In this document: piece after piece, positions 30,001 through 41,360 of the stretch
Position numbering within the stretch: position 1 is the stretch's first letter
Layout of the letters: every line of letters starts with the position of its first letter
Assembly: GCA_964016885.1 (NCBI GenBank)
Contig: OZ024744.1
Span: forward strand, 115,568,001-115,632,000
DNA: 64,000 nucleotides
From: Eledone cirrhosa
Taxonomy: Eukaryota
Reading direction: 5' to 3'
Made by a program: the position numbers and the translations under genes
Notes under the pieces: generated by a model
What the model was told of the DNA's origin: nothing
The model's database searches: none
Seen by the model: only the letters and a program-made list of their open reading frames with translations

Positions 30001-33000
30001 GTGTGAAGGGTAGATTGTATGATGTCTGTGTATGTTACATGGTAGTGAGACATGGGTATTGAATGTAGAGGATGTGTGAAGGGTAGATTGTATGATGTCT
30101 GTGTATGTTACATGGTAGTGAGACATGGGTATTGAATGTAGAGGATGTGTGAAGGGTAGATTGTATGATGTCTGTGTATGTTACATGGTAGTTAGACATG
30201 GGTAGTTAATGTAGAGGATGTGTGAAGGGTAGATTGTAAGATGTCTGTGTATGTTACATGGTAGTGAGACATAGGTAGTTAATGTAGAGGATGTGTGAAG
30301 GGTAGATTGTATGATGTCTATGTTACATGGTAGTGAGACATGGGTATTGAATGTAGAGGATGTGTGAAGGGTAGATTGTATGATGTCTGAGTTACATGGT
30401 AGTGAGACATGGTTAGTTAATGTAGAGGATGTGTGAAGGGTAGAGTGTATGATGTATGTGTATGTTACATGGTAGTGGGACATGGGTAGTTAATGTAGAG
30501 GATGTGTGAAGGGTAGATTGTATGATATCTGCGTATGTTACATGGTAGTGAGACATGGGTAGTAAATGTAGAGGATGTGTGAATGATAGACTGTATGATG
30601 TATGTGTTACATGGTAGTGAGACATGGTTATTGAATGTAGAGGATGTGTGAAGGGTAGATTGTATGATGTCTGTGTATGTTACATGGTAGTGTGACATGG
30701 GTAGTTAATGTAGAGGATGTGTGAGAGGTAGATTGTATGATGTCTGTGTATGTTACATGGTAGTGAGACATGGGTAGTTAATGTAGAGGATGTGTGAAGG
30801 GTAGATTGTATGATGTCTATGTTACATGGTAGTGAGACGTTGGTAGTTAATGTAGAGGACGTGTGAAGGGTAGATTGTATGATGTCTGTGTATGTTACAT
30901 GGTAGTGAGACATGGGTAATTAATGTAGAGGATGTGTGAAGGGTAGATTGTATGATGTCTGTGTATGTTACATGGTAGTGAAACATGTGTAGTTAATGTA
31001 GAGGATGTGTGAAGGGTAGATTATATGATGTCTGCGTATGTTACATGGTAGAGAGACATGGGTAGTTAATGTAGAGGATGTGTGAAAGGTAGATTGTATG
31101 ATATCTATGTTACATGGTAGTGAGACATGGGTAATTAATGTAGAGGATGTGTGAATGGTAGATTGTATGATGTCTGTGTATGTTACATGGTAGTGAGACA
31201 TGGGTAGTTAATGGAGAGGATGTGTGAATGTTAGATTGTATGATGTCTGTGTTACATGGTAGTGAGATATGGGTAGTTAATGTAGAGGATGTGTGAAGGG
31301 TTGATTGTATGATGTATGTGTTACATGGTAGTGAGACATGGGTAGTTAATGTAGAGGATGTGTGAAGGGTAGATTGTATGATGTCTGTGTACGTTACATG
31401 GTAGTGAAACATGGGTAGTTAATGTAGAGGATGTGTGAAGGGTAGATTGTATGATGTCTGTGTTACATGGTAGTGAGACATGGGTATTGAATGTAGAGGA
31501 TGTGTGAAGGGTAGATTGTATGATGTCTGTGTATGTTACATGGTAGTGAAACATGGGTAGTTAATGTAGAGGATGTGTGAAGGGTAGATTGTATGATGTC
31601 TGTGTTACATGGTAGTGAGACATGGGTATTGAATATAGAGGATGTGTGAAGGGTAGATTGTATGATGTCTGTGTATGTTACATGGTAGTGAGACATGGGT
31701 ATTGAATGTAGAGGATGTGTGAAGGGTAGATTGTATGATGTCTGTGTATGTTACATGGTAGTTAGACATGGGTAGTTAATGTAGAGGATGTGTGAAGGGT
31801 AGATTGTAAGATGTCTGTGTATGTTACATGGTAGTGAGACATAGGTAGTTAATGTAGAGGATGTGTGAAGGGTAGATTGTATGATGTCTGTGTATGTTAC
31901 ATGGTAGTGAGACATGGATATTGAATGTAGAGGATGTGTGAAGGGTAGATTGTATGATGTCTGTGTATGTTACATGGTAGTGGGACATGGGTAGTTAATG
32001 TAGAGGATGTGTGAAGGGTAGATTGTATGATGTCTGTGTATGTTACATGGTAGTGAGCCATGGGTAGTTAATGTAGAGGATGTGTGAAGGGTAGATTGTA
32101 TGATGTCTATGTTACATGGTAGTGAGACATGGGTATTGAATGTAGAGGATGTGTGAAGGGTAGATTGTATGATGTCTGTGTTACATGGTAGTGAGACATG
32201 GGTAGTTAATGTAGAGGATGTGTGAAGGGTAGAGTGTATGATGTATGTGTATGTTACATGGTAGTGGGACATGGGTAGTTAATGTAGAGGATGTGTGAAG
32301 GGTAGATTATATGATGTCTATGTTACATGGTAGTGAGACATGGGTAGTTAATGTAGAGGATGTGTGAAGGGTAGAGTGTATGATGTATGTGTATGTTACA
32401 TGGTAGTGGGACATGGGTAGTTAATGTAGAGGATGTGTGAAGGGTAGATTATATGATATCTGCGTATGTTACATGGTAGTGAGACATAGGTAGTTAATGT
32501 AGAGGATGTGTGAAGGGTAGATTGTATGATGTCTATGTTACATGGTAGTGAGACATGGGTATTGAATGTAGAGGATGTGTGAAGGGTAGATTGTATGATG
32601 TCTGTGTTACATGGTAGTGAGACATGGGTAGTTAATGTAGAGGATGTGTGAAGGGTAGAGTGTATGATGTATGTGTATGTTACATGGTAGTGGGACATGG
32701 GTAGTTAATGTAGAGGATGTGTGAAGGGTAGATTATATGATATCTGCGTATGTTACATGGTAGTGAGACATGGGTAGTAAATGTAGAGGATGTGTGAATG
32801 ATAGATTGTATGATGTATGTGTTACATGGTAGTGAGACATGGTTATTGAATGTAGAGGATGTGTGAAGGGTAGATTGTATGATGTCTGTGTATGTTACAT
32901 GGTAGTGTGACATGGGTAGTTAATGTAGAGGATGTGTGAGGGGTAGATTGTATGATGTCTGTGTATGTTACATGGTAGTGAGACATGGGTAGTTAATGTA

Positions 33001-36000
33001 GAGGATGTGTGAAGGGTAGATTGTATGATGTCTATGTTACATGGTAGTGAGACATGGGTAGTTAATGTAGAGGATGTGTGAAGGGTAGATTGTATGATGT
33101 CTGTGTATGTTACATGGTAGTGTGACATGGGTAGTTAATGTAGAGGATGTGTGAACGGTAGATTGTATGATGTCTGTGTTACATGGTAGTGAGACATGGG
33201 TATTGAATGTAGAGGATGTGTGAAGGGTAGATTGTATGATGTCTGTGTATGTTACATGGTAGTGAAACATGGGTAGTTAATGTAGAGGATGTGTGAAGGG
33301 TAGATTGTATGATGTCTGTGTTACATGGTAGTGAGACATGGGTATTGAATATAGAGGATGTGTGAAGGGTAGATTGTATGATGTCTGTGTATGTTACATG
33401 GTAGTGAGACATGGGTATTGAATGTAGATGTGTGAAGGGTAGATTGTATGATGTCTGTGTATGTTACATGGTAGTTAGACATGGGTAGTTAATGTAGAGG
33501 ATGTGTGAAGGGTAGATTGTAAGATGTCTGTGTATGTTACATGGTAGTGAGACATAGGTAGTTAATGTAGAGGATGTGTGAAGGGTAGATTGTATGATGT
33601 CTGTGTATGTTACATGGTAGTGAGACATGGATATTGAATGTAGAGGATGTGTGAAGGGTAGATTGTATGATGTCTGTGTATGTTACATGGTAGTGGGACA
33701 TGGGTAGTTAATGTAGAGGATGTGTGAAGGGTAGATTGTATGATGTCTGTGTATGTTACATGGTAGTGAGCCATGGGTAGTTAATGTAGAGGATGTGTGA
33801 AGGGTAGATTGTATGATGTCTATGTTACATGGTAGTGAGACATGGGTATTGAATGTAGAGGATGTGTGAAGGGTAGATTGTATGATGTCTGTGTTACATG
33901 GTAGTGAGACATGGGTAGTTAATGTAGAGGATGTGTGAAGGGTAGAGTGTATGATGTATGTGTATGTTACATGGTAGTGGGACATGGGTAGTTAATGTAG
34001 AGGATGTGTGAAGGGTAGATTATATGATGTCTATGTTACATGGTAGTGAGACATGGGTAGTTAATGTAGAGGATGTGTGAAGGGTAGAGTGTATGATGTA
34101 TGTGTATGTTACATGGTAGTGGGACATGGGTAGTTAATGTAGAGGATGTGTGAAGGGTAGATTATATGATATCTGCGTATGTTACATGGTAGTGAGACAT
34201 AGGTAGTTAATGTAGAGGATGTGTGAAGGGTAGATTGTATGATGTCTATGTTACATGGTAGTGAGACATGGGTATTGAATGTAGAGGATGTGTGAAGGGT
34301 AGATTGTATGATGTCTGTGTTACATGGTAGTGAGACATGGGTAGTTAATGTAGAGGATGTGTGAAGGGTAGAGTGTATGATGTATGTGTATGTTACATGG
34401 TAGTGGGACATGGGTAGTTAATGTAGAGGATGTGTGAAGGGTAGATTATATGATATCTGCGTATGTTACATGGTAGTGAGACATGGGTAGTAAATGTAGA
34501 GGATGTGTGAATGATAGATTGTATGATGTATGTGTTACATGGTAGTGAGACATGGTTATTGAATGTAGAGGATGTGTGAAGGGTAGATTGTATGATGTCT
34601 GTGTATGTTACATGGTAGTGTGACATGGGTAGTTAATGTAGAGGATGTGTGAGGGGTAGATTGTATGATGTCTGTGTATGTTACATGGTAGTGAGACATG
34701 GGTAGTTAATGTAGAGGATGTGTGAAGGGTAGATTGTATGATGTCTATGTTACATGGTAGTGAGACATGGGTAGTTAATGTAGAGGATGTGTGAAGGGTA
34801 GATTGTATGATGTCTGTGTATGTTACATGGTAGTGTGACATGGGTAGTTAACGTAGAGGATGTGTGAAGGGTAGATTGTATGATGTCTGTGTTACATGGT
34901 AGTGAGACATGGGTATTGAATGTAGAAGATGTGTGAAGGGTAGATTGTATGATGTCTATGTTACATGGTAGTGAGACATGGGTAGTTAATGTAGAGGACG
35001 TGTGAAGGGTAGATTGTATGATGTCTGTGTATGTTACATGGTAGTGAGACATGGGTAATTAATGTAGAGGATGTGTGAAGGGTAGATTGTATGATGTCTG
35101 TGTATGTTACATGGTAGTAAAACATGTGTAGTTAATGTAGAGGATGTGTGAAGGGTAGATTATATGATGTCTGCGTATGTTACATGGTAGAGAGACATGG
35201 GTAGTTAATGTAGAGGATGTGTGAAAGGTAGATTGTATGATATCTATGTTACATGGTAGTGAGACATGGGTAATTAATGTAGAGGATGTGTGAATGGTAG
35301 ATTGTATGATGTCTGTGTATGTTACATGGTAGTGAGACATGGGTAGTTAATGTAGAGGATGTGTGAATGTTAGATTGTATGATGTCTGTGTTACATGGTA
35401 GTGAGACATGGGTAGTTAATGTAGAGGATGTGTGAAGGGTAGATTGTATGATGTCTGTGTTACATGGTAGTGAGACATGGGTATTGAATGTAGAGGATGT
35501 GTGAAGGGTAGATTGTATGATGTCTGTGTTACATGGTAGTGAGACATGGGTATTGAATGTAGAGGATGTGTGAAGGGTAGATTGTATGATGTCTGTGTTA
35601 CATGGTAGTGAGACATGGGTAGTTATTGTAGAGGATGTGTGAAGGGTAGATTGTATGATGTCTGTGTATGTTACATGGTGGTGAGCCATGGGTAGTTAAT
35701 GTAGAGGATGTGTGAAGGGTGTAGATTGTATGATGTCTGTGTATGTTACATGGTAGTGAAACATGGGTAGTTAATGTAGAGGATGTGTGAAGGGTAGATT
35801 GTATGATGTCTGTGTTACATGGTAGTAAGACATGGGTATTGAATATAGAGGATGTGTGAAGGGTAGATTGTATGATGTCTGTGTATGTTACATGGTAGTG
35901 AGACATGGGTAGTTAATGTAGAGGATGTGTGAAGGGTAGATTGTATGATGTCTGTGTTACATGGTAGTGAGACATGGGTAGTTAATGTAGAGGATGTGTG

Positions 36001-36348
36001 AAGGGTAGATTGTATGATGTCTATGTTACATGGTAGTGAGACATGGGTATTGAATGTAGAGGATGTGTGAAGGGTAGATTGTATGATGTCTGTGTATGTT
36101 ACATGATAGAGAGAAATGGGTAGTTAATGTAGAGGATGTGTGAAGGGTAGATTGTATGATGTCTGTGTATGTTACATGGTAGTGAAACATGGGTAGTTAA
36201 TGTAGAGGATGTGTGAAGGGTAGATAGTATGATGTCTGTGTTACATGGTAGTGAAACATGGGTAGTTAATGTAGAGGATGTGTGAAGGGTAGATTGTATG
36301 ATGTCTGTGTTACATGGTAGTGAGACATGGGTATTGAATATAGAGGAT
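1..36348 (+). repeat. Large tandem satellite, 73-bp monomer with 69-bp variants (~500 monomers), derived from an RTE-clade LINE coding fragment; continues beyond the window start
   Basis: Consensus atgtagaggatgtgtgaagggtagattgtatgatgtctgtgtatgttacatggtagtgagacatgggtagtta repeats head-to-tail. The 69-bp forms lack 4 bp (gtctatgttac or gtctgtgttac). The array ends abruptly at ...tagaggat (36348). The + strand translates in two frames as VKGRLYDVCV and MLHGSETWVVNVEDV. Confidence 0.97.
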
Positions 36349-36436
36349 TTGTTTTATATTCTTATTATACCTCCAGTTGCCCCCTCCCCCTTTTATATTT
36401 TATTTTTATATTACCTTATCTCTGTATATCTTATTT

Positions 36437-36770
36437 TGTTTCTCAACTGTAAGAAGTATGCAATACCTTCCTATGTCTTTCATAGCTTACTAGCTCTATA
36501 CAGACGTCTATTGTTTCTCAACTATAAGAAGTACTCAATACTTCCCCTAGGCTGTCATGTCTTACTAGCTCTATACAGACGTCTATTGTCTCAACAGTAA
36601 GAAGTACTTGATACCCCCCGCCCCCTCCCCTAGGCTGTCATGGCTTACTAGCTCTATACGGACGTCTATTGTGTCTCAACAGTAAGAAGTACTCAATACT
36701 TCCCCCAGTCTATCATGGCTTACTAGCTCTATACGGATGTTGGAATTGAATAAATATATAAATAAATAAA
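36437..36770 (+). repeat. Four diverged ~75-bp tandem copies followed by a (TAAA)n-like tail; possibly an amplified retroelement 3' UTR
   Basis: Core cttactagctctata at 36486, 36561, 36644 and 36719 (periods 75, 83, 75). The last copy runs into gttggaattgaataaatatataaataaataaa. The 3'-UTR interpretation is inference only. Confidence 0.8.
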
Positions 36771-36831
36771 CAGATGTAAATGAATAAGTTACCAGATTAA
36801 TAATTTCAATAAAATAATACATTTTCTCCAG

Positions 36832-36926
36832 CAATTTTATAATGAATGCCTTATATTGGTGACAGCTAAGTTGACATTCGAACAATTTTATAATGAATGC
36901 CTTATATTGGTGACAGCTAAGTTGAC
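36832..36926. repeat. Perfect 44-bp direct repeat, two copies, 51-bp period
   Basis: caattttataatgaatgccttatattggtgacagctaagttgac at 36832 and 36883. Confidence 0.9.
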
Positions 36927-36969
36927 TTGGAACATATATCACATTTTATACATTACATCATAATCACTT

Positions 36970-37127
36970 GGTATGTGTGTATGTATAATGTATGTGTGTG
37001 TGTATATATGCATGTATAATGTATGCATGTGTGTACGCAAGCGTGTTATTGTATGTGTGGATGTGTATGTTTTGAGTTGTATGTGTACATGTGTATATAC
37101 TTTGTATCTGTACATGTGTATATGCAG
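36970..37127. repeat. Degenerate (TG/TA)n microsatellite at the 3' end of the R4-like element
   Basis: gtatgtgtgtatgtataatgtatgtgtgtgtgtatatatg... runs up to the element stop codon at 37131. Confidence 0.8.
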
Positions 37128-37130
37128 TTA

Positions 37131-37649
37131 TTAGATGCAGAATTTTTGGAATGTTTTACATATTTTTACTGTTCCATAAATGGATTGTACTTGTAATTTC
37201 CTAACTAGTTGTGTTCTTTCTGTTCCTGTGAAGCCCAGCTTCTCAAGATTTGTATTGAGGTAGTTACTAACATATCCCATGCCCCAATAATCACAGGTAT
37301 AATCAGGGTGGAGTATCTGCAGATTTCTCATCAGTTCTGCATAAATATTCTCCTTTTCGCTAATCTTTGATATTATATTGGCATCTGCTGGGCAGCTAAC
37401 TTCCACTACTGTGAATGCTTTCTTCTCCCTGTCCCATATCATTATATCAGGCCTATTATGCCTGCATTTTATTGGGGTTTTTACTGGAACATTCCACCAG
37501 TACTCTTTCATATTATGTACATGGATGTCTTCCACATTGCTGTAGCTTTTAATGTGTTTATTATCAGGGCTATCTTTTCTACGGATTGCATCGTACAGTG
37601 TTTTGGTCACTACGTCATACCTCATAGGTAGATAGTACCGCGATGACAT
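37131..37649 (-). pseudogene. REL endonuclease domain remnant (172-aa ORF) of the R4-like element
   Basis: HNRPDIMIWDREKKAFTVVEVSCPADANIISKISEKENIY matches the RPD..E...KY layout of REL endonucleases. The upstream frame has a stop and lacks the C-x2-C half of the zinc knuckle. Confidence 0.85.
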
Positions 37650-38107
37650 CTTTGGACAAGTGCTTATGACATGAGTGACATCTTCGATGTTAATTCTATC
37701 TCTTTTGCGAATCAGGTATTTTGTGCTGATTTTCTGTTCTTGGATTGCAAAAGCGTATCCTTAAAAGTGGGAGCAAATATAGCGGTTGTTGGTCCAAGAT
37801 AGACTACTTTCTTTATCTATATTGCTCTCACTCTGGAGCTTCCTGGCAACATATCCATGTATGATTTTTTATTGATAAGCATGCAGTTTTTCATCCATGT
37901 ATTCACTGCAGTAATGCTGGGTAATTTCCCTGGATGTGAGTTTTTGATTATCATACAAGGAATATTTCTCAAGGAGTTCCTTCCCAACTCTCATGATCTT
38001 ATCTGTCTCATGCAGATAGACTTGCTCAATAGAGGGGCTCCTACATTTGGAGATTCGTAAATGTTGTTGCAGGGATATCATGCTACACTCAACTGCTGCC
38101 TGGATGT

Positions 38108-40583
38108 TAGGCCTCCCCTGTTTCATGTAGAAGTGCTATATGTCACTACGCCTCCCCTGTTTCATGTAGAAGTGCTATATGTCACTAGGCCTGCCCTGTT
38201 TCATGTAGAAGTGGTATATGTCACTAGGTCTGCCCTGTTTCATGTAGAAGTGCTATATGTCACTAGGCCTCCCCTGTTTCATGTAGAAGTGCTATATGTC
38301 ACTAGGCCTCCCCTGTTTCATGTAGAAGTGGTATATGTCACTAGGCCTGCCCTGTTTCATGTAGAAGTGCTATATGTCACTAGGCCTCCCCTGTTTCATG
38401 TAGAAGTGGTATATGTCACTAGGCCTGCCCTGTTTCATGTAGAAGTGCTATATGTCACTAGGCCTGCCCTGTTTCATGTAGAAGTGCTATATGTCACTAG
38501 GCCTCCCCTGTTTCATGTAGAAGTGCTATATGTCACTAGGCCTCCCCTGTTTCATGTAGAAGTGGTATATGTCACTAGGCCTGCCCTGTTTCATGTAGAA
38601 GTGCTATATGTCACTAGGCCTCCCCTGTTTCATGTAGAAGTGGTATATGTCACTAGGCCTGCCCTGTTTCATGTAGAAGTGCTATATGTCACTAGACCTC
38701 CCCTGTTTCATGTAGAAGCGCTATATGTCACTAGGCCTCCCCTGTTTCATGTAGAAGTGCTATATGTCACTAGGCCTGCCCTGTTTCATGTAGAAGTGCT
38801 ATATGTCACTAGGCCTCTCCTGTTTCATGTAGAAGTGCTATATGTCACTAGGCCTGCCCTGTTTCATGTAGAAGTGCTATATGTCACTAGGCCTGCCCTG
38901 TTTCATGTAGAAGTGCTATATGTCACTAGGCCTCCCCTGTTTCATGTAGAAGTGCTATATGTCACTAGGCCTGCCCTGTTTCATATAGAAGTGCTATATG
39001 TCACTAGGCCTCCCCTGTTTCATGTAGAAGTGCTATATGTCACTAGGCCTCCCCTGTTTCATGTAGAAGTGCTATATGTCACTAGGCCTGCCCTGTTTCA
39101 TGTAGAAGTGCTATATGTCACTAGGTCTCCCCTGTTTCATGTAGAAGTGGTATATGTCACTAGGCCTCCCCTGTTTCATGTTGAAGTGGTATATGTCACT
39201 AGGTCTCCCCTGTTTCATGTAGAAGTGCTATATGTCACTAGGCCTCCCCTGTTTCATGTAGAAGCGCTATATATCACTAGGCCTCCCCTGTTTCATGTAG
39301 AAGTGCTATATATCACTAGGCCTCCCCTGTTTCATGTAGAAGTGCTATATGTCACTAGGCCTGCCCTGTTTCATGTAGAAGTGGTATATATCACTAGGCC
39401 TGCCCTGTTTCATGTAGAAGTGCTATATGTCACTAGGCCTGCCCTGTTTCATGTAGAAGTGGTATATGTCACTAGGCCTCCCCTGTTTCATGTAGAAGTG
39501 CTATATGTCACTAGGCCTCCCCTGTTTCATGTAGAAGTGCTATATGTCACTAGGCCTGCCCTGTTTCATGTAGAAGCGCTGTATGTCACTAGGCCTCCCC
39601 TGTTTCATGTAGAAGTGGTATATGTCACTAGGCCTCCCCTGTTTCATGTAGAAGTGTTATATGTCACTAGGCCTCCCCTGTTTCATGTAGAAGTGCTATA
39701 TGTCACTAGGCCACCCCTGTTTCATGTAGAAGTGGTATATGTCACTAGGCCTGCCCTGTTTCATGTAGAAGCGCTATATGTCACTAGGCCTGCCCTGTTT
39801 CATGTAGAAGTGCTATATGTCACTAGGCCTCCCCTGTTTCATGTAGAAGTGCTATATGTCACTAGGCCTCCCCTGTTTCATGTAGAAGCGCTATATGTCA
39901 CTAGGCCTCCCCTGTTTCATGTAGAAGTGCTGTATGTCACTAGGCCTCCCCTGTTTCATGTAGAAGTGCTGTATGTCACTAGGCCTCCCCTGTTTCATGT
40001 AGAAGTGCTATATGTCACTAGGCCTGCCCTGTTTCATGTAGAAGTGCTATATGTCACTAGGCCTGCCCTGTTTCATGTAGAAGTGCTATATGTCACTAGG
40101 CCTGCCCTGTTTCATGTAGAAGCGCTATATATCACTAGGCCTCCCCTGTTTCATGTAGAAGTGCTGTATGTCACTAGGCCTGCCCTGTTTCATGTAGAAG
40201 TGCTATATGTCACTAGGTCTCCCCTGTTTCATGTAGAAGCGCTATATATCACTAGGCCTCCCCTGTTTCATGTAGAAGCGCTATATGTCACTAGGCCTGC
40301 CCTGTTTCATGTAGAAGTGCTATATGTCACTAGGCCTCCCCTGTTTCATGTAGAAGTGCTATATGTCACTAGGCCTCCCCTGTTTCATGTAGAAGTGCTA
40401 TATGTCACTAGGCCTCCCCTGTTTCATGTAGAAGTGTTATATGTCACTAGGCCTGCCCTGTTTCATGTAGAAGTGCTATATGTCACTAGGCCTCCCCTGT
40501 TTCATGTAGAAGCGCTATATATCAGTGTGATATGTTAGGCCTCTCCTGTTTCATGTAGAAGCGCTATATGTCAGTGTGATATG
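38108..40583. repeat. 39-bp minisatellite (~62 copies) plus a terminal 49-bp unit, amplified from within the R4-like ORF
   Basis: Unit taggcctcccctgtttcatgtagaagtgctatatgtcac; its minus strand reads SDI*HFYMKQGRP. Element sequence is contiguous on both sides (GTGNVHI.. upstream; NIQAAVECSMISLQQHL downstream). Confidence 0.96.
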
Positions 40584-41360
40584 GACATTTCCAGTGCCAG
40601 AACTTTTGGGTTTGTAACATCAATGACTTGGCTCTTATCTAACTTCCAGTCAAGTAGTTCAAATGTTGATGTTAGGACAGGCTAAACAAACTTATTGTGG
40701 ATTTATTGTGTACAGAGATTTCAGATGACCATATTTTTCTTATTTGGATGTTATATTCCCTGGTTAATTGTTCCTTGTTACAAATTCTAACATAGAATAT
40801 GTTCTTATCTATCCCTCATCAAATACTAGTGAAACAGTTAGGCCATTGATGAAAATGTTGCTAGATTGGCTTGTAGTTTTTCCTCACTTTACAATCATAT
40901 AAGAACATTTATCTTGGCCAAACTCCATTCCTATATCTTTCGAGAACATTGTAACCAGGTGAAGGTTTTTCTTCATCCCATCTATGTTCTTGGCATAGTT
41001 TCAGGTCATCCACAAAGAAATGATGGGTTAAGTTCGTATATCTGTCCTCCTGTGAACCAATGATGTATCCTTCACATTTCTTGAGCAGAAAGGACAAGGA
41101 GTTTAATGACAAGATAAATAGTATCAGAGAGAGACTGTCTCCTTGAAATATACCCCTGTGATGATCTATTTTATCAGTGAAAATAGATTCCTCCTTCTCT
41201 GTCTTAGGATAGTGACCCTGGAAGAAGATAGTTTCTCTATGGCTCTGATAATAATGTATGGGACTTTAGAAAGTCGGAGAGCCTCTATCATCCAAGTGGG
41301 GAACAGAATTTAAATCTTTCTTCTAATCCAGCCAGACAAAGTACCTCTTATGTTGCAGCA

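Larger units (their letters stand above)
37128..41360 (-). mobile_element. 5'-truncated, decayed non-LTR retrotransposon with RT and C-terminal restriction-like endonuclease (R4/Dong/Rex6-like), interrupted by a 39-bp array
   Basis: Minus-strand motifs in order: WLD*KKDLNSVPH (~41335-41297), GIFQGDSLSLILFILSLNSLS, LTHHFFVDDLKL (RT catalytic DD), GMEFGQDKC, the post-RT DI..FYMK.GR segment, F*GYAFAIQEQ, EDVTHVISTCPKMSSRYYLPMRYD, and EYWWN..HNRPDIMIWD..VVEVSCP..EKENIY (PD-(D/E)xK REL). Multiple stops and frameshifts. Clade assigned by motif resemblance. Confidence 0.88.

Noticed and set aside
216-35906. About 130 minus-strand ORFs (MSHYHVTYTDIIQSTLHTSS...)
   Set aside because: Products of 69/73-bp periodicity: 69-bp units keep the frame and 73-bp units shift it. 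They are antisense to the recognisable LINE motif and show no gene structure.
1-36348. Telomeric repeat or proven centromere; 142/146-bp dimers as nucleosome-positioning units
   Set aside because: There are no TTAGGG-type arrays. Chromosomal role and nucleosome phasing cannot be determined from sequence alone.
36298-36600. 100-aa + strand ORF beginning MMSVLHGSETW
   Set aside because: Chimera of the last satellite monomer and low-complexity flank. Useful only as a display of the RTE motif.
38061-40538. 825-aa ORF as an annotated CDS
   Set aside because: Antisense reading of a 39-bp minisatellite inside a dead retrotransposon, with no independent support. Kept only as a low-interest finding.
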